From positions 1,674,001 to 1,738,000 of the forward strand of contig OX597838.1 of the NCBI GenBank assembly GCA_951406725.2: DNA of 64,000 nt, in the 5' to 3' direction. The stretch is from Octopus vulgaris (Eukaryota). Made by a program: the position numbers and the translations under genes. The notes under the pieces were generated by a model. It was not told the origin of the DNA and ran no database searches. It worked only from the letters and a program-made list of their open reading frames with translations. Shown here one piece after another: positions 1 through 14,118 of the stretch (the stretch's first letter is position 1; each line of letters begins with the position of its first letter).

Positions 1-450
1 CTACCACTACCACCACCACCACCACAACTACACCACTAATACCGCCACCACCACCACCACCACCATCAACAAAGCATGGCCACCTCCTCGCCGATACCGC
101 CAACATCACCAACCCTACTCTCCATAACTCCTCGTTAGCACAACCGCCATATTGACCAGCCCTAGCGCCACCACTAATACCATCTTATACTGTCAGACCC
201 CACCACCACCATCACCCCCACCCCCACCAACAACAGTAAAACAAGAGCAGTGGCAGCAGCAGTAGCGGCAGCAGCAACAGCAGATGAAGAATTGTTTTTA
301 GCAAACTGTGGACCCTGGACAGGTTGCTGTAAGTTGTGTAAACATCAACAGATAATTGGCTTTCAATTATATTTTTAATTAAGTTAGCTGGTCGGCTGGC
401 TGTCTGGCTGGTTGATTAGGCTTGAAGGGGATGGGCGTGGCTGTATCTAT

Positions 451-484
<34 letters not shown>

Positions 485-1158
485 TGTGGTGTTTTGGTGT
501 CCGTAAATATATCCTGTATATTTGGAACTCTATTTCTAAGACTGTAAGGAGCGCTTTCAGGGATATTTCGGTATCATTGTTTTCTAGGTCGAACGAAACT
601 GTGTTGATGTTGTTGTTGCTGTCGTTGTTGTTGTTGCTGCTGCTGCTGCTGTTGTTGTTGTTGTTGTTGTTGTTCTTCTTCTTCTTCTTCTTCTTCTTCT
701 TCTTCTTCTTCTTCTTCTTCTTCTTCTTCTTCTTCTTCTTCTTCATCGTTTTGCTGCAGTTCTTCCTGATCAGGCAGATGTATGACCAAATACGTCCCAG
801 CCGTACCCTTCCCGTCTTTCTGTATGCTTGCAAGCAAATTCTCCGATGAGTCCTCCTTTTGAAGGGAATTTGCGATGCGATTTGGCTGCTATTTCTAGCA
901 TGTCTGACGGACGTATACACATAAAAAGTTAGTCACGGGAATTCGTTAACATTTAACTTTCCATATTGGAAAAACAGTGAAAAAAGGCGGGTTGGGTGAT
1001 ACGGCAGGGTATACCTCGTCGCTAAAATCTGTATATGTGTGTGTGCATGTGAGAATATGTGTGCTTATATAGGTATATGTGTGTGTATATGTGTGTATAT
1101 AAGTGTGCGCATGTATAAGTTTTTGGGTGTGTACTGTGTGTGTTTGTGTGTGTGTGTT

Positions 1159-1219
<61 letters not shown>

Positions 1220-1251
1220 TGTCTGCATCACAGTCCATCTGATCTTAACTA

Positions 1252-2113
1252 CGCGGTCTGATCTATAAGTTTTCCGGACTGTTGCCATAGTAACGAAGCT
1301 AAAGCACACAGAGTGAAGCCGCTTGGTACGGACTGACCTTGAACTCTGCTGTGCCTGTGCACTAAGTTTTAACGTTCAAGATCACTTCCGCTGTTTACAG
1401 TAGTGTTTGGAAGGAAAGTGTGTAGCGTGTGATTGTCGCATTGGCTATGAAAGAGAGAGTTGAGCAAATAATCTGCGTCAAATTTTGCCAAATACTTGGT
1501 GTGATACCTGCTCAGCAGTCTATGCAAAGCTTTCAAAAAGTTTTCATCGTTTTGCACACAATCAACGAGATCTTGTGCAACTGAAACCCGAGTGTCCCTC
1601 TGGTCAGCTGAAAGCAGTTTGGGCAGAAATTTGGTAGACACGCATCTCATGCACAAATATTCACTGATAATGGACTGAACTGAACCGTAAATAATCTGGA
1701 CATCCTCTGATAACTCACGGATGGTGATTCGACGATTTCCCCTCACAGTTGCACGCACATCTGCGATGTTTTTCTCAGTTCTTCTGGTTGCGTGAGTCCA
1801 AGACCGTTCATCAATATCGACGTTTTTTCGGCAATCTTGGAAGCGTCTGAACCCCTCATACACTTTCTGCAACTTTGCGTAGGACATTGAGCAGGAATGG
1901 CCAGGACAACTTTCACCGTCATGGTCAATGCGACGATCACATGCTACACACTTTCCTTCCAAGCATTGCTGTAAACAGCGGATAGGAGCTAAAAGGTTAG
2001 ACTTAGTGCTCATGCACAGCAGAGTTGAAGGTCAACCTGTGCCGAGTGGCTTCACTCTGTGTGCTTTGGCTTCGTTACTATGTCAACAGTCCGAATACTT
2101 ATTTATAAAGAGG
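1252..2113. mobile_element. Non-autonomous mariner (Tc1/mariner) derivative made of two inverted 5' ends
   Basis: The minus ORF 1369-2013 carries mariner N-terminal/HTH motifs (RRITIRELSEDV, YGSVQSII, KFLPKLL = WVPxxL linker). The plus strand near 1448 reads MKERVEQIICVKFC. The first ~270 bp are an imperfect inverted repeat of the last ~240 bp, with TA next to the ends. Confidence 0.85.
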
Positions 2114-3086
2114 TAAATAGCAGACAGGGGGCGCAGCGTGATATTGATTTAGTGCTTTGTTAATTTGCCGTGCTAAGTTTAATATATTCACTCGATGGGA
2201 GATTAACAGAATACCCAGGGAGCTGTTGTTGTTGTTTTTGTTTAGCTACCATATCAGTTCTGAATAAAAGCGTTCCAGCCACGCCCATCTCGCACATTTC
2301 TCGAGTATTGCCGACCTAAAACTACATTATCTAATGTGTTCTTCTTATGCGAGATTTGGCTGCTATTTCATACAGGAAATCCTCACATCGCATACCACGT
2401 GATCTGTTCATGACAACTGAATCAAATCACGAAGACCCAACCATCTTTCAATATTTCATAATTTTTTTTTTTTTTTTGTATTGACTTCCATATTTCAGGA
2501 GTTCGATCCATCGGAAACGAGAAATTCAATATTACGATGCTAAAAAGATTTGGTTATAATATAATGGACATACTCTATTGCAAGTATTGAGTACATAACC
2601 TGTTATTAAACACGAACGTTTACTAAATCATATCCATCTATAGAGACATAACACATATACAAGGTGTGTGTGTATATGTGTGTGTATATGTGTGTATATG
2701 TGTGTGTATATGTATGTGTATGTGTGTGTATATGTGTGTGTATGTGTGTGTATATGTGTGTGTATGTATGTGTATGTGTGTGTATATGTGTGTGTATGTG
2801 TGTGTATATGTGTGTGTGTGCATATATTTGATAAGACAATAGAGCCATTGTTACAATGGAGAGGAAAAAGAACATTCAAGAGTTCAGAGAAAGAGAGAGA
2901 GGGTGAGAGAGAGAAGGGGGAGACAAAATGTGACAAAGGGGGTAAAGAGGGAGTGTGTTACTGTAAAACTACATTCTACAAAAATATTTCTGCAAAAAAT
3001 AGAAACGTCTTTTAATTGGCTCGCCACATTTTCACTCTCGGTATTATGTGTGTGTGCGTGCGTGTATGGCTCTATATATGTATATG

Positions 3087-3128
<42 letters not shown>

Positions 3129-3158
3129 TATACATATATACCTACACACAGAATCACA

Positions 3159-3197
<39 letters not shown>

Positions 3198-3833
3198 CTC
3201 TATATATGTATATATATATATATATATGTATGTATTATGCATGTATATATATTATTTAGCTAATAGATATCAAATATTGTTTCCATTATTCGTTCATTCG
3301 GCATTTCTAGCTTTCATGTTCTGTTTCTTTACTGCATCCACTTATGCATCAATAACACACACACAGACACACATACACACACACACATGTACGTATATAT
3401 ATATATATGTAGATATGCAACTCATATACACAAACATGGGTACATACTTAACATTCTGGCTTTGAACTGGCATGCTTGCGCTTTGATTGGTGTGTCTATA
3501 ACTCAGAGAAATAATGATATTGTATGATGTTTGCCAATGCCTAATGTGCATGTAACAATGTTTGTTATGTTAAGGCAAATTGTAAAAATGCATTGAAAAA
3601 CGTGGACAGAGAGTTAACGCAGTGTTTATGTTTATTCAATATTTCGGCTTCAATGGGAGTCAGCCGTCAGCCTCGATCGAGAAACTCGTAAAGACACGTT
3701 AAATAACGGAAATCTGTTGTGACAGGCGGCCTTTCACATAAACAGCGTCAGTTTCTGCGCATGTCCCAACACTCTTGCCTTTGTAACGGTTTCGGTGTTC
3801 ATGTTGTTTTGGATTTAATGTTAAACATTCATT

Positions 3834-3994
<161 letters not shown>

Positions 3995-4191
3995 TATATT
4001 AGTAGAAATGAGGTACTCAGAAAATCGGATGGTTTATATTTACAGATATTTACTTGTATATTACATTTTTTATATATATCATATAACTTAGATCATGTAT
4101 TAGCGCTTTCTCCCATTCTAGTGGGGTTTTCAAATCAAACTGTATATATATATATAAATATATATATATACGTATATATATATATATAAAT

Positions 4192-4245
<54 letters not shown>

Positions 4246-4393
4246 GTATATATATACATACATACACACACATACACATATATATATATGTACATATATA
4301 TATATGTATATATGTATATATGCGCAATGACTCACCTAATTGTTTAATATTAAATCAAACACATTAACACTAAAATCGTCAAAAAGGCAAGTG

Positions 4394-4443
<50 letters not shown>

Positions 4444-4445
4444 TG

Positions 4446-4478
<33 letters not shown>

Positions 4479-4486
4479 GTTTATAC

Positions 4487-4554
<68 letters not shown>

Positions 4555-4556
4555 GT

Positions 4557-7500
4557 ACGGGGCTTCAAGCCAACACACAAACCTGAATAAAAATAAAAAT
4601 AAAAATAGAAACACACCATGCTGCAGTAATGCTGGTCCAGTCTTTTCAGGAAGACACAAAAACAACAACAACAAAAGTGGAAACTACAACCCTATCCAAC
4701 AGTGCAACCACACCTCCAGCCAAAAACTGCTCCCTAAGCAGGAAAATTCTTATTTAGCCATGTTGAACATGGCAAAAGAGATACACAAAAACATTCTAGC
4801 CATCACTCAACACCATCCTATGCTATTACCTCAGTGCACCAATTCCCCACATTGCTGCCACTAACACACACAAAAAATCCAAGCCCCCTGCAACAGTCAA
4901 AACCAGCCACTACACTAACCTCCACATTTCTACTCAATGCACAAGGTGTCAGCCCTTCCATCAATGCACAAAAATGGAAGGTCCAATTCATTGAAGATTG
5001 GGTTGGTAACCATTCACACCACATCCCTTTCTTCATTCTCACTGAGACACACCTTGACAACTCCCACTTGGAAGCCGAAGTGAGAGTGAAGAATTTCACA
5101 ACCATCCGCGCGGATCGTATCGGCAGGAGGAAGGGTGGAACTGCCATTTTCCTGCATGATTCATTTACGGCAGATGGAAATAGTATATTCTCCAACGGCT
5201 ACTGTGAATCAGTCACCGTGCACAATAAAGCCAATGACCTGACAGTAATTGGGCTCTATAGGCCGCCCCAAACACCCATACTGTGCTTTAAAGAGTGCCT
5301 CAACAGCATTAAGTGCTTTATTCAACAGTGCCATTCTAGCAACATACTCATGATGGGAGACTTCAATCTACCCTGTGTTGACTGGACTACAAACCAAGCA
5401 CTCCCGCCTCAACCGCTGACAAAGAAGCAGCAGAGTCACTTTTCGACTTTACGAATGAGTTTTTCTTGTCCCAACTTGTCCTTGCACCAACAAGACATCA
5501 GAACATTTTGGACCTAGTGTTTAGTAACCACACTAACACTATACATAACGTTACAGTGGAAAAAAACCCTTCTTTCAGACCATGACATGGTTCTCTGTAA
5601 CATGAAATTCCACCAGCCGAAAGCTAATCCTAGTGACCTCCCTCCAGCCCACCCATTTGACAACATGGATCTCCATAATGCCAACTGGGATGCAATCAGG
5701 AACGAGCTATCACATGTTGACTGGTCCTTTACACATACACACATCTCCACCAACCATAAAACATCTTGGCAGATCTTTGTAGACACCGTCACAGACATAT
5801 GTGCAAAACACTCCCCACCAAGACCTGTGAACAAAAAGTGCAGAATCCCCCAAAACAGAAAAACCATTATCAGAAAAATAAAAAGAACAAACAAAAAAAT
5901 TAACAAACTAAAGTACTGCCAACAGCAACACACACATTCGACGGCTATCGCACTGCTTGAATCCAAAAAATATAACCTCCAACAATGCATGAAGACCCTC
6001 ATCAATAACCAAAGATCAGCTGAGGAGAAGTAGGCCATTGAAAAAATCAAACTCAACCCCAAAGTGTTCTTTTCATTTGCGAGGAAACGCAGGGTCACTG
6101 TCTCCATTGTTGGCCCTCTAATTGACGAAACTGACACTCTCCAAGATAATGCCAAATCCATGGCCGAGATACTGCAGAAACAATACTGCTCTGTTTTCAG
6201 CAATCCTGATATGGCCGATCTGGGCTGTATCAGTGATGTCAACGCCCAACACACTATATCGGACATAACGTTTAGTGCCCCTGATGTCTTAGCGGCGATA
6301 AACGAAATAAAACACAATTCAGCAGTAGGCCCCGATAGGTTCCCTGCTTGTGTCCTGAAGGTGTGTCGACACCAACTTGCATCTCCCCTTGCTAATCTGT
6401 GGAGAAACTCATTGGATGCTGGCTATATTCCAAAAAACCTTCTGTCCCAGTCTGTTGTCCCAGTTTTCAAAAAGGGAAACAAGTCCCTTGCAGTGAACTA
6501 CCGTCCGATCTCACTCACCTCTCATATCATCAAGGTATTTGAGAGGGTGGTGAGATCTCGAATAACCCAATTTCTGGAAAGCAACAGACGGCTGATCTCC
6601 AACCAACATGGGTTCCGTAATGGAAGGGACTGCCTAACGCAGCTCCTGCATCACTTTGATGACATTTTGAGAGCTTTGGGAGAGGGCTCCAACACCGATG
6701 TCATCTACCTTGATTTCAGTAAGGCCTTCGACAGGGTCGATCACAAGATCCTATTGAAAAAACTATCCAACATTGGTGTCTCTGGAAAGTTACTGAAATG
6801 GATCAAGTGTTTCCTGACAGACAGATCTCAACATGTTGTAGTTGAAGGGGTAAAATCAAGCCCAGCCAAAGTCAGTAGTGGCGTTCCGCAAGGCACTGTG
6901 CTGGGCCCACTTCTTTTCATCATTTACATTAATGACATTAATGACATCATCAAGCACAGCAACATAAAAATCTTTGCAGATGATTCCAAGCTACAGAAGG
7001 TCATAAATGAGGCGACTGACCGGACATGCCTTCAGTCAGATCTACTGGCTGTTATCCAATGGGCAGAAAAAAACAATATGCTGCTGAACGAGGATAAATT
7101 TGAGTTAATCCACTTTGGAAAAGAGGATGCCCTGAAACTCCCATACTCCCTTCCTTCAGGTGAAACTCTCGCGGCGTCCAACAATATCAGAGACTTGGGA
7201 GTAATTGTGGACAACAACATAAGCTGGGCCACTCATATAAACACCAAAGTTGACATGGCCCGCAGAATGTGTTCCTGGATTCTCAGAACTTTCCAGTCGA
7301 GAGATATCCACACCATTATCCTTCTCTTATCCACTTTTGCCCGACCCCACCTTGAATACTGTTGTCCACTGTGGTCTCCCCACACAATACATGGTATCAT
7401 AAAAGTGTGAAGCACCTCAAAGGGCAATCACAAAAAAGATAGATGGCATGACAGGCCTCGACTATTGGGGTCGACTAGAAAAGCTAAAACTTTATTCTCT

Positions 7501-7950
7501 CCAACGTCGTCGTGAGCGCTACATCATCTGCATGATGTGGAAAATATTCCATCAGCATTGCCCAAATGATGTTGGCATCACCTTTAAGGTACATCCAAGG
7601 CTTGGGCCCCGTTCCATCCGCCCAAAACAAAAATCGCACTCTCATCTCATAGCAACAATACGGCACAATTATTTCACCTCAATTGCCCCGCTCTCTTTAA
7701 CATTACACCAAAACACATTAAAACAGAAACTGACCCTATAGGGTTCAAGAAGTCTTTGGACAGATTCCTTCAAGAAATCCCGGATAAACCCCCTACACCC
7801 GGATATGTCTCTGTAAACAATAACTCTCTACATGAGTGGGCCATAGTGCCCAAATTCTGACTTGAAAGACTTCACCAGGTGGTGCTATTAAGTTAGACAT
7901 GGCCTGGGCCAATAATGGCCGAAACCTATCAAAGTATCAAAGTATCAAAG
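4557..7950 (+). mobile_element. CR1/L2-group LINE with near-complete but disrupted ORF2 (AP endonuclease + reverse transcriptase), inserted in (TA)n
   Basis: EN motifs LTETHL, YRPP, GDFNLP, SDH. RT motifs NYRPISLTS, QHGFR, DFSKAFDRVDH, GVPQGTVLGPLLF, FADD. Frameshift near 5400, in-frame TAG at 6031-6033, frameshift near 7405. The 3' end has a GGCC stem-loop followed by (TATCAAAG)x3. Confidence 0.93.
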
Positions 7951-8002
7951 TATATATATATGTATATATATATGTATGTATATATAGATGTATATATATA
8001 TG

Positions 8003-8035
<33 letters not shown>

Positions 8036-8040
8036 GTATG

Positions 8041-8071
<31 letters not shown>

Positions 8072-8786
8072 ATATATATATACATATAGTGTTAACGTGT
8101 GATTTTAACTTTTTGTAGTATTTCTGGTTAACTTTTCCTGTTAACCTTCATTTTTATTAACGACTTTTTTCAAGTGAATATTTGTTAACTTTTCTATTAA
8201 GTGTTCATGTTGACAGTTTTTGCCACCGTTCATTTCTTAAAGTTTACTGTTACATTTCATATGACCCTCTTCGTGTCACGTTCACGGTTAATGTCCACTT
8301 CTTAACTTCTCTGTGATTCGTGAACGTTTCGTTACGAACAGCTACTTCTTAACCTTTTCTTGTTAATGTTTATAGGTTACGACTGGCTTAGTGAAATCTC
8401 AGTCCAGTATTAAATCAACGCCGTATTTGCCGAAATAGCATTAAACACAGTTTCTGTTTTTTTTTCTCTCTTATATGTAAACTGTCGTTAACACTATCTT
8501 CCAACATCTTTAATTAAATGACAAGACTTTGGGTAAACTACGTAAATTTCTTTGGTTTTCTTCCGTTAAATGTTTCATTACTTCGTATGACATTGAGCCA
8601 TTTTCAAAGATCTTCAGAAATGTGTTATCCATCCATTTAATCAACCTATCCAGAAATCCATTCATCCATTAATCTGTAAATATAAAGCTATCAAGATTAT
8701 TTATGTTTTAAAGTAAATTCTTAAACAAGGTTCAGCACTCATCTTAACTATCTTGGATCATTACTATGTATTTCAGTTAATTCACA

Positions 8787-8860
<74 letters not shown>

Positions 8861-8874
8861 CATTATTATTATTA

Positions 8875-8972
<98 letters not shown>

Positions 8973-9103
8973 TATTAATTGATATACAACTAAATTCTGT
9001 CGTGTATTCACTTCCGTAGTGTAATTAACATTATTATGGTTAAAAATTAAAACAGGAAAATATTTTTTTTTGTTTTATTTCTCTTTTGATTTTAATTTTT
9101 CAA

Positions 9104-9175
<72 letters not shown>

Positions 9176-10844
9176 CATTATTATTATTATTATTATTATT
9201 ATCATCATCATCATCATCATCATCGTCGTCCTCCTCGTCGTCGTCATCATCATCATCATCGTCATCATTGCTATTTTTATTATTAATATCATTGTCGTTC
9301 TTATTTTTTTTCTCATGTGGATTTAAACATACCTGCTTTACATTGATTAAAATCTACTTTAAAACTAATTTTTAAAAATGAATTAAATATAAACAATTAC
9401 AACAACAAGAACAACAACAATAACCATTCTCTTTGATGTTTTTAGCGAATTAATTTATGCTTTCTTGTTTTTAGAAAATTTTAATTAATCAGTTTTCTTT
9501 TTTTTTTTTTATAAAATCTTGCTCCTTCTTAATACAGGAACAACAAATTTAAATTACAAATTATTTTATGTAAAAATTCTTTATTAATTTTATTTCAATG
9601 AATATTTAATAACTTTGCTGTTTATTCTTAACCCTTTCTTCCTTCCACCCCAGCTTATTTTCTTTTTCTTTCTTCCTCTCTCCCTTCGACGTTCTTCTTT
9701 CTTTCAGTCTCCTTTTTCTTTCATTTTTCTTCTCTTTCATCCATCCATTCATTCGTTATTCTCATTTCATTTATACACTCTTTCTCTTTCTTCCTTTCTC
9801 TTCCCTTTTCATTCATTCATTCATTCATACTTTCTTTTTCTCTATTTCTTCCTCTCGTCCTTACTCAACGTTTCTTTCATTCCCAAAATTTTATAGTTAG
9901 TGTACACTTCATTACCACCACCACCACCACTACTACCACCGCCGCTACCACCACCACCACCACCACCGCCGCCACCACTGCCACAAACAAGTGCAGGATA
10001 GATTAGATGCTAATGATCTACAAACCCCTAAGAGTTGTCATGGATGGAACAACTTTGACCCATTGGTCAGCTAAGATCAAAGGTGACATCTAGTGAAGCA
10101 ACAACAACAATTGACCTTTAAATGGAACCTAGACACGGTCACTAAAACAAGCAACCAATTCTCCCTCAAATAGCATTGCACCGTTTATCAAAAGACTTAC
10201 TCATAGCTCTGCATCTAAATACAACGAGATGTGTTATTGGGGCTGTAACATCGTTCGAGTTTAAACAGCAGCAGCAGCAGCAGCAGCGGTTAGTAGTAGT
10301 AGTAGTAGTAAGAGAAACGCCATCAACTCGAACGTTTTCTCTCTGAATAATTTACAAATTTGGAAATCATTTCGATGTAGTTGGTTTTCATGAAAACCTG
10401 TATCATCAGTCATTAGAATTTTTAATTAAAGAGGAAGTTAATTAATATAGACAGTGTTTACAGCTGATTATTGTCTAGCCTCGGGTCTGCCTTCATCCTA
10501 CGCATGTATCATGAAAACAATCAAGTTGTGACCATCCTGTTGAACAAACTCTCCAGCTTACCTTATCAGTACCACCAGAAAACAATCTTCCCTCCTCGCG
10601 ATTTCTCTTTTTGATGGGTCGAACCGGAAACCTCTTACAGGGGAAAGCAATCTATTCCAACATTTTCAACATTTTAGACCAACACGAGACAAGCCAACAC
10701 AAGATTTGAAATAATTTAGTGCAATAGGAGATTTCTCAGGTAGTAGGATATGGTTTGAGGGATATTTGACTGCGCTTTCTGTCAGGTCGATGTACCAAGT
10801 CGACGCTCTCTCTTTGATTTGACCATCACATTTGACCATTCACA

Positions 10845-11098
10845 TTTAGAACTTGAGAAAAGTCTTGCATATTTTTACTATTCCACTCACAGATTGCACT
10901 TATAATGTACGAATTATCCAGTCGATTTCTTTTTCTGGAAATCCCAGTTTATCCATATACTCTTTCAAGCATTTACTAACAAAACCCAGTGCTCCAATTA
11001 TCATTGGTATGAATATAAATTCATAGTCTGGATATAGAAGCTGGGGGTTTCGAAGCAGTTGTCCATAGATATCCTTTTTTTCTTTTATTTTCAAAGGG
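10845..11098 (-). mobile_element. 3' fragment of an R4/Dong-like (restriction-like endonuclease) non-LTR element
   Basis: Translation KEKKDIYGQLLRN..PMIIGALGFV..LGF..VKICKTFLKF matches the REL C-terminal pattern (K..Y..L, PxxIGALG). Abuts a (CATA)n tract. Confidence 0.7.
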
Positions 11099-11107
11099 AT
11101 ATGTATG

Positions 11108-11141
<34 letters not shown>

Positions 11142-11656
11142 TGTATGTATGTATGTATGTATGTATGTATGTATGTATGTATGTATGCATGCATGTATGT
11201 ACGCATGTACGTATCTACCTACCTACCTAATTACCTATCTACCTATCATCTCCCCACCCTGTCAACTCCCTTACTTTCTCACACTCTTTCAAGCATTATA
11301 CATTCATCTATTGTTCCCTATCCACATAAACTCTGAGCTTCCTTTCAACAACGTGATAAATCTCCCACTTGCTTTACCATATCTCTCTCTCTCGCCGTCC
11401 CATTCTGTCTATATCCACCCATTTTCTACCCTTTAAACATCATCCCTGTCCACTTCCATCCAACATTCCTTCATTCATATTTTGCTTACCCGAATCTTCA
11501 AACGGAATCTACCATTTTGACTATAAATCTTAACAACTGATCAAAAATATTCACGCATTTGAAAAATATGGCCTTTTGCAATGGATCACTTTTTAAAGCT
11601 AATTAACATAAACCTACATACAGATATGAGTATGCGTGAGTATGATTGTGTAAATG

Positions 11657-11691
<35 letters not shown>

Positions 11692-11699
<8 letters not shown>

Positions 11700-11908
11700 A
11701 AAGGGCTTAGTAAAATAAATTACTTTGCCGCATACTGAACTCATTAGAAATAGCAGCTAAAAAAAAACTTTTTTAAAACTATTTCCAATACTTAAAGAAG
11801 TATTTCTTTAAGTATTGGAAATAGTTTAAAAATTTTTTTTTAGCTGCTATTTCTAATGAGTTCAGTATGCGGCAAAGTAATTTATTTTACTAAGCCCTTT
11901 TATATAAT
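11692..11908. repeat. Near-perfect 217-bp palindrome with a 4-nt loop at the edge of a (TA)n tract
   Basis: Arms attatataaaagggcttag...cttaaagaa and ttctttaag...ctaagcccttttatataat are reverse complements apart from small indels in the A/T homopolymer stretch. Confidence 0.95.
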
Positions 11909-11998
11909 GTAATAATTTGAATTCGCCTTAAATGGTCCCTTTGCATACAGAATACTTGGTGAAATTGATTAATTAATTAATTTTACCCTCAATTGTTG

Positions 11999-12155
<157 letters not shown>

Positions 12156-12354
12156 GTATGTATACATACATACATATATATATATAGGTAGTTGATATTC
12201 TGATCAATTACTATAAAATATGAACTTGAATTACACACTCGCGACTATGCCATAAGATAGTAAAAGAGAAGTGAATCGCGTACGGGATAGTAAGCATCTA
12301 CAAGCATAAATGTGGGCATGTAGAAACGTTTGTATGTGTATATGAATATATATA

Positions 12355-12387
<33 letters not shown>

Positions 12388-13169
12388 TCATACATGTATA
12401 TATGTACATATTCTTAGATGATTCTGCCAGACCATATTTCCATCATTTTACATAATACATTTCAAGTTTAAAAATATTTGATCATAAACTAAGATTCAGA
12501 ACGTCACCAGACAGGAAGAAGCTGGAATATTATAAAAACTGACGAAATCCAATTAGAAACGTTCCGAACTATTACAATTGTCTGTTCTTCATCGCCAAGA
12601 AGCAATTTTCTGTATTTAGTGAAATATTTCAAATCTCAAAGATAATTGAAGGCATGAATATGGCTGCCGCTAGAGACAAAACGAAGAATATGCGATGGAA
12701 TCTAATTTAGCTTTCCAGAAGGTATTTACTAGAAATACCATACATACCAAAACAATAAGCACCTGAGTGTGTAATAAATAATGTGTTTTATCGTTTTGCT
12801 TTTACTTGCCCCATTCACACACACACACACACAAACACATACACACACACATGTACACAGACACACACACCGAGACATACACACACACGCACGTACACAC
12901 AAACACAGACATATACACACAAAGACACATACACACAGACACACACACGCACACGTACACACTAACATACAAACATACACACACATATTTTTACATACAT
13001 ATGATATATATATATATATACAGAATGATACCCTTTAGTGAACACATTGCTACCACTATTTGTAATCTTTCCATTTTATCAAAGTGCTTGTGGATCACCA
13101 ACACAAGTTCGATTAAGTAAGGAAACCTACTTCAGTGAAATATATATATATATATATATATTTTCACAC

Positions 13170-13325
13170 CACAACAGGCTTTTTTCAATTCTTGCCAATG
13201 AAATCCACTCGCGATTCCTTGGTCAGTCCGGGACTATTATACAAGACACCTGCCGAAGGTGCTATGCAGCGGCGAGATTGAACCTGGAACCATATGGATG
13301 ACAAGCTCACTTCTTGCCACACCTG
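13170..13325 (-). mobile_element. tRNA-derived CORE-like SINE (degenerate)
   Basis: Reverse complement of the family at 27197 and 62995 (B-box-like ggttcaatc, gcacctt.ggcag.tgtctt core). Confidence 0.7.
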
Positions 13326-13819
13326 AGCACAATATAGTACAGTTGTCTTCAGTACAGCACAATGCAATAAGAGGTGACACTGCAGACTATGGTTTAATAT
13401 GGTATTAAACACAGTAGAGTACAGTGCAGTTTGGTGTGATAGAGTACATCTTGATGAGGCATAGTGCAGGCAAGCACAATATTGTTCGGTTCTATGACAA
13501 TATAGGTTTATGTACTAAAATACAGAAAAGTATAGTTTTATATCGAAGAGTTTAATAACGTATTCTATGGGGAATTACAGTGGAGTACAACAGAGTACAA
13601 CTAAGTATTCCGTCGATTGATATCGGAAAGAAGGTATTGTAAACAGAAAGTGAAAGTTAGAAGGAAAAAAATGTATGATTGTCACATCGTTGTCACGTAG
13701 ATATATACATACAAGTACATTTATACATGCCAACGTGTCTGTATGTAAACATACTATTACTTATACCTATATACGTATATATGAACACATATCTGCACAT
13801 ATAAAATATCTGTATATAC

Positions 13820-13851
<32 letters not shown>

Positions 13852-13854
13852 ATA

Positions 13855-13922
13855 CACATATATTATGCATGCTTCTGTATATATGTATATATAAACACAT
13901 CCATATACATACACACACACAC

Positions 13923-13968
<46 letters not shown>

Positions 13969-14024
13969 ATGTATATGGATGTGTTTATATATACATATAT
14001 ACAGAAGCATGCATAATATATGTG
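13855..14024. repeat. 170-bp palindrome centred on a (TA)n tract
   Basis: tattatgcatgcttctgtat...ccatatac is mirrored by gtatatgg...atacagaagcatgcataata. The ORF track shows the same peptide on both strands. Confidence 0.93.
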
Positions 14025-14033
14025 CATGCATAA

Positions 14034-14075
<42 letters not shown>

Positions 14076-14085
14076 CACAACACAA

Positions 14086-14118
<33 letters not shown>

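Noticed and set aside
3636-3675. Minus-strand CTGAC-GGCT...AGCC-GAAATATT
   Set aside because: Lacks the GA of the CUGANGA box; too degenerate to count.
8101-8600. Region enriched in gttaac/ttaac; also 13330-13610 enriched in agtaca
   Set aside because: No regular period or spacer structure; looks like decayed simple repeat, not CRISPR-like.
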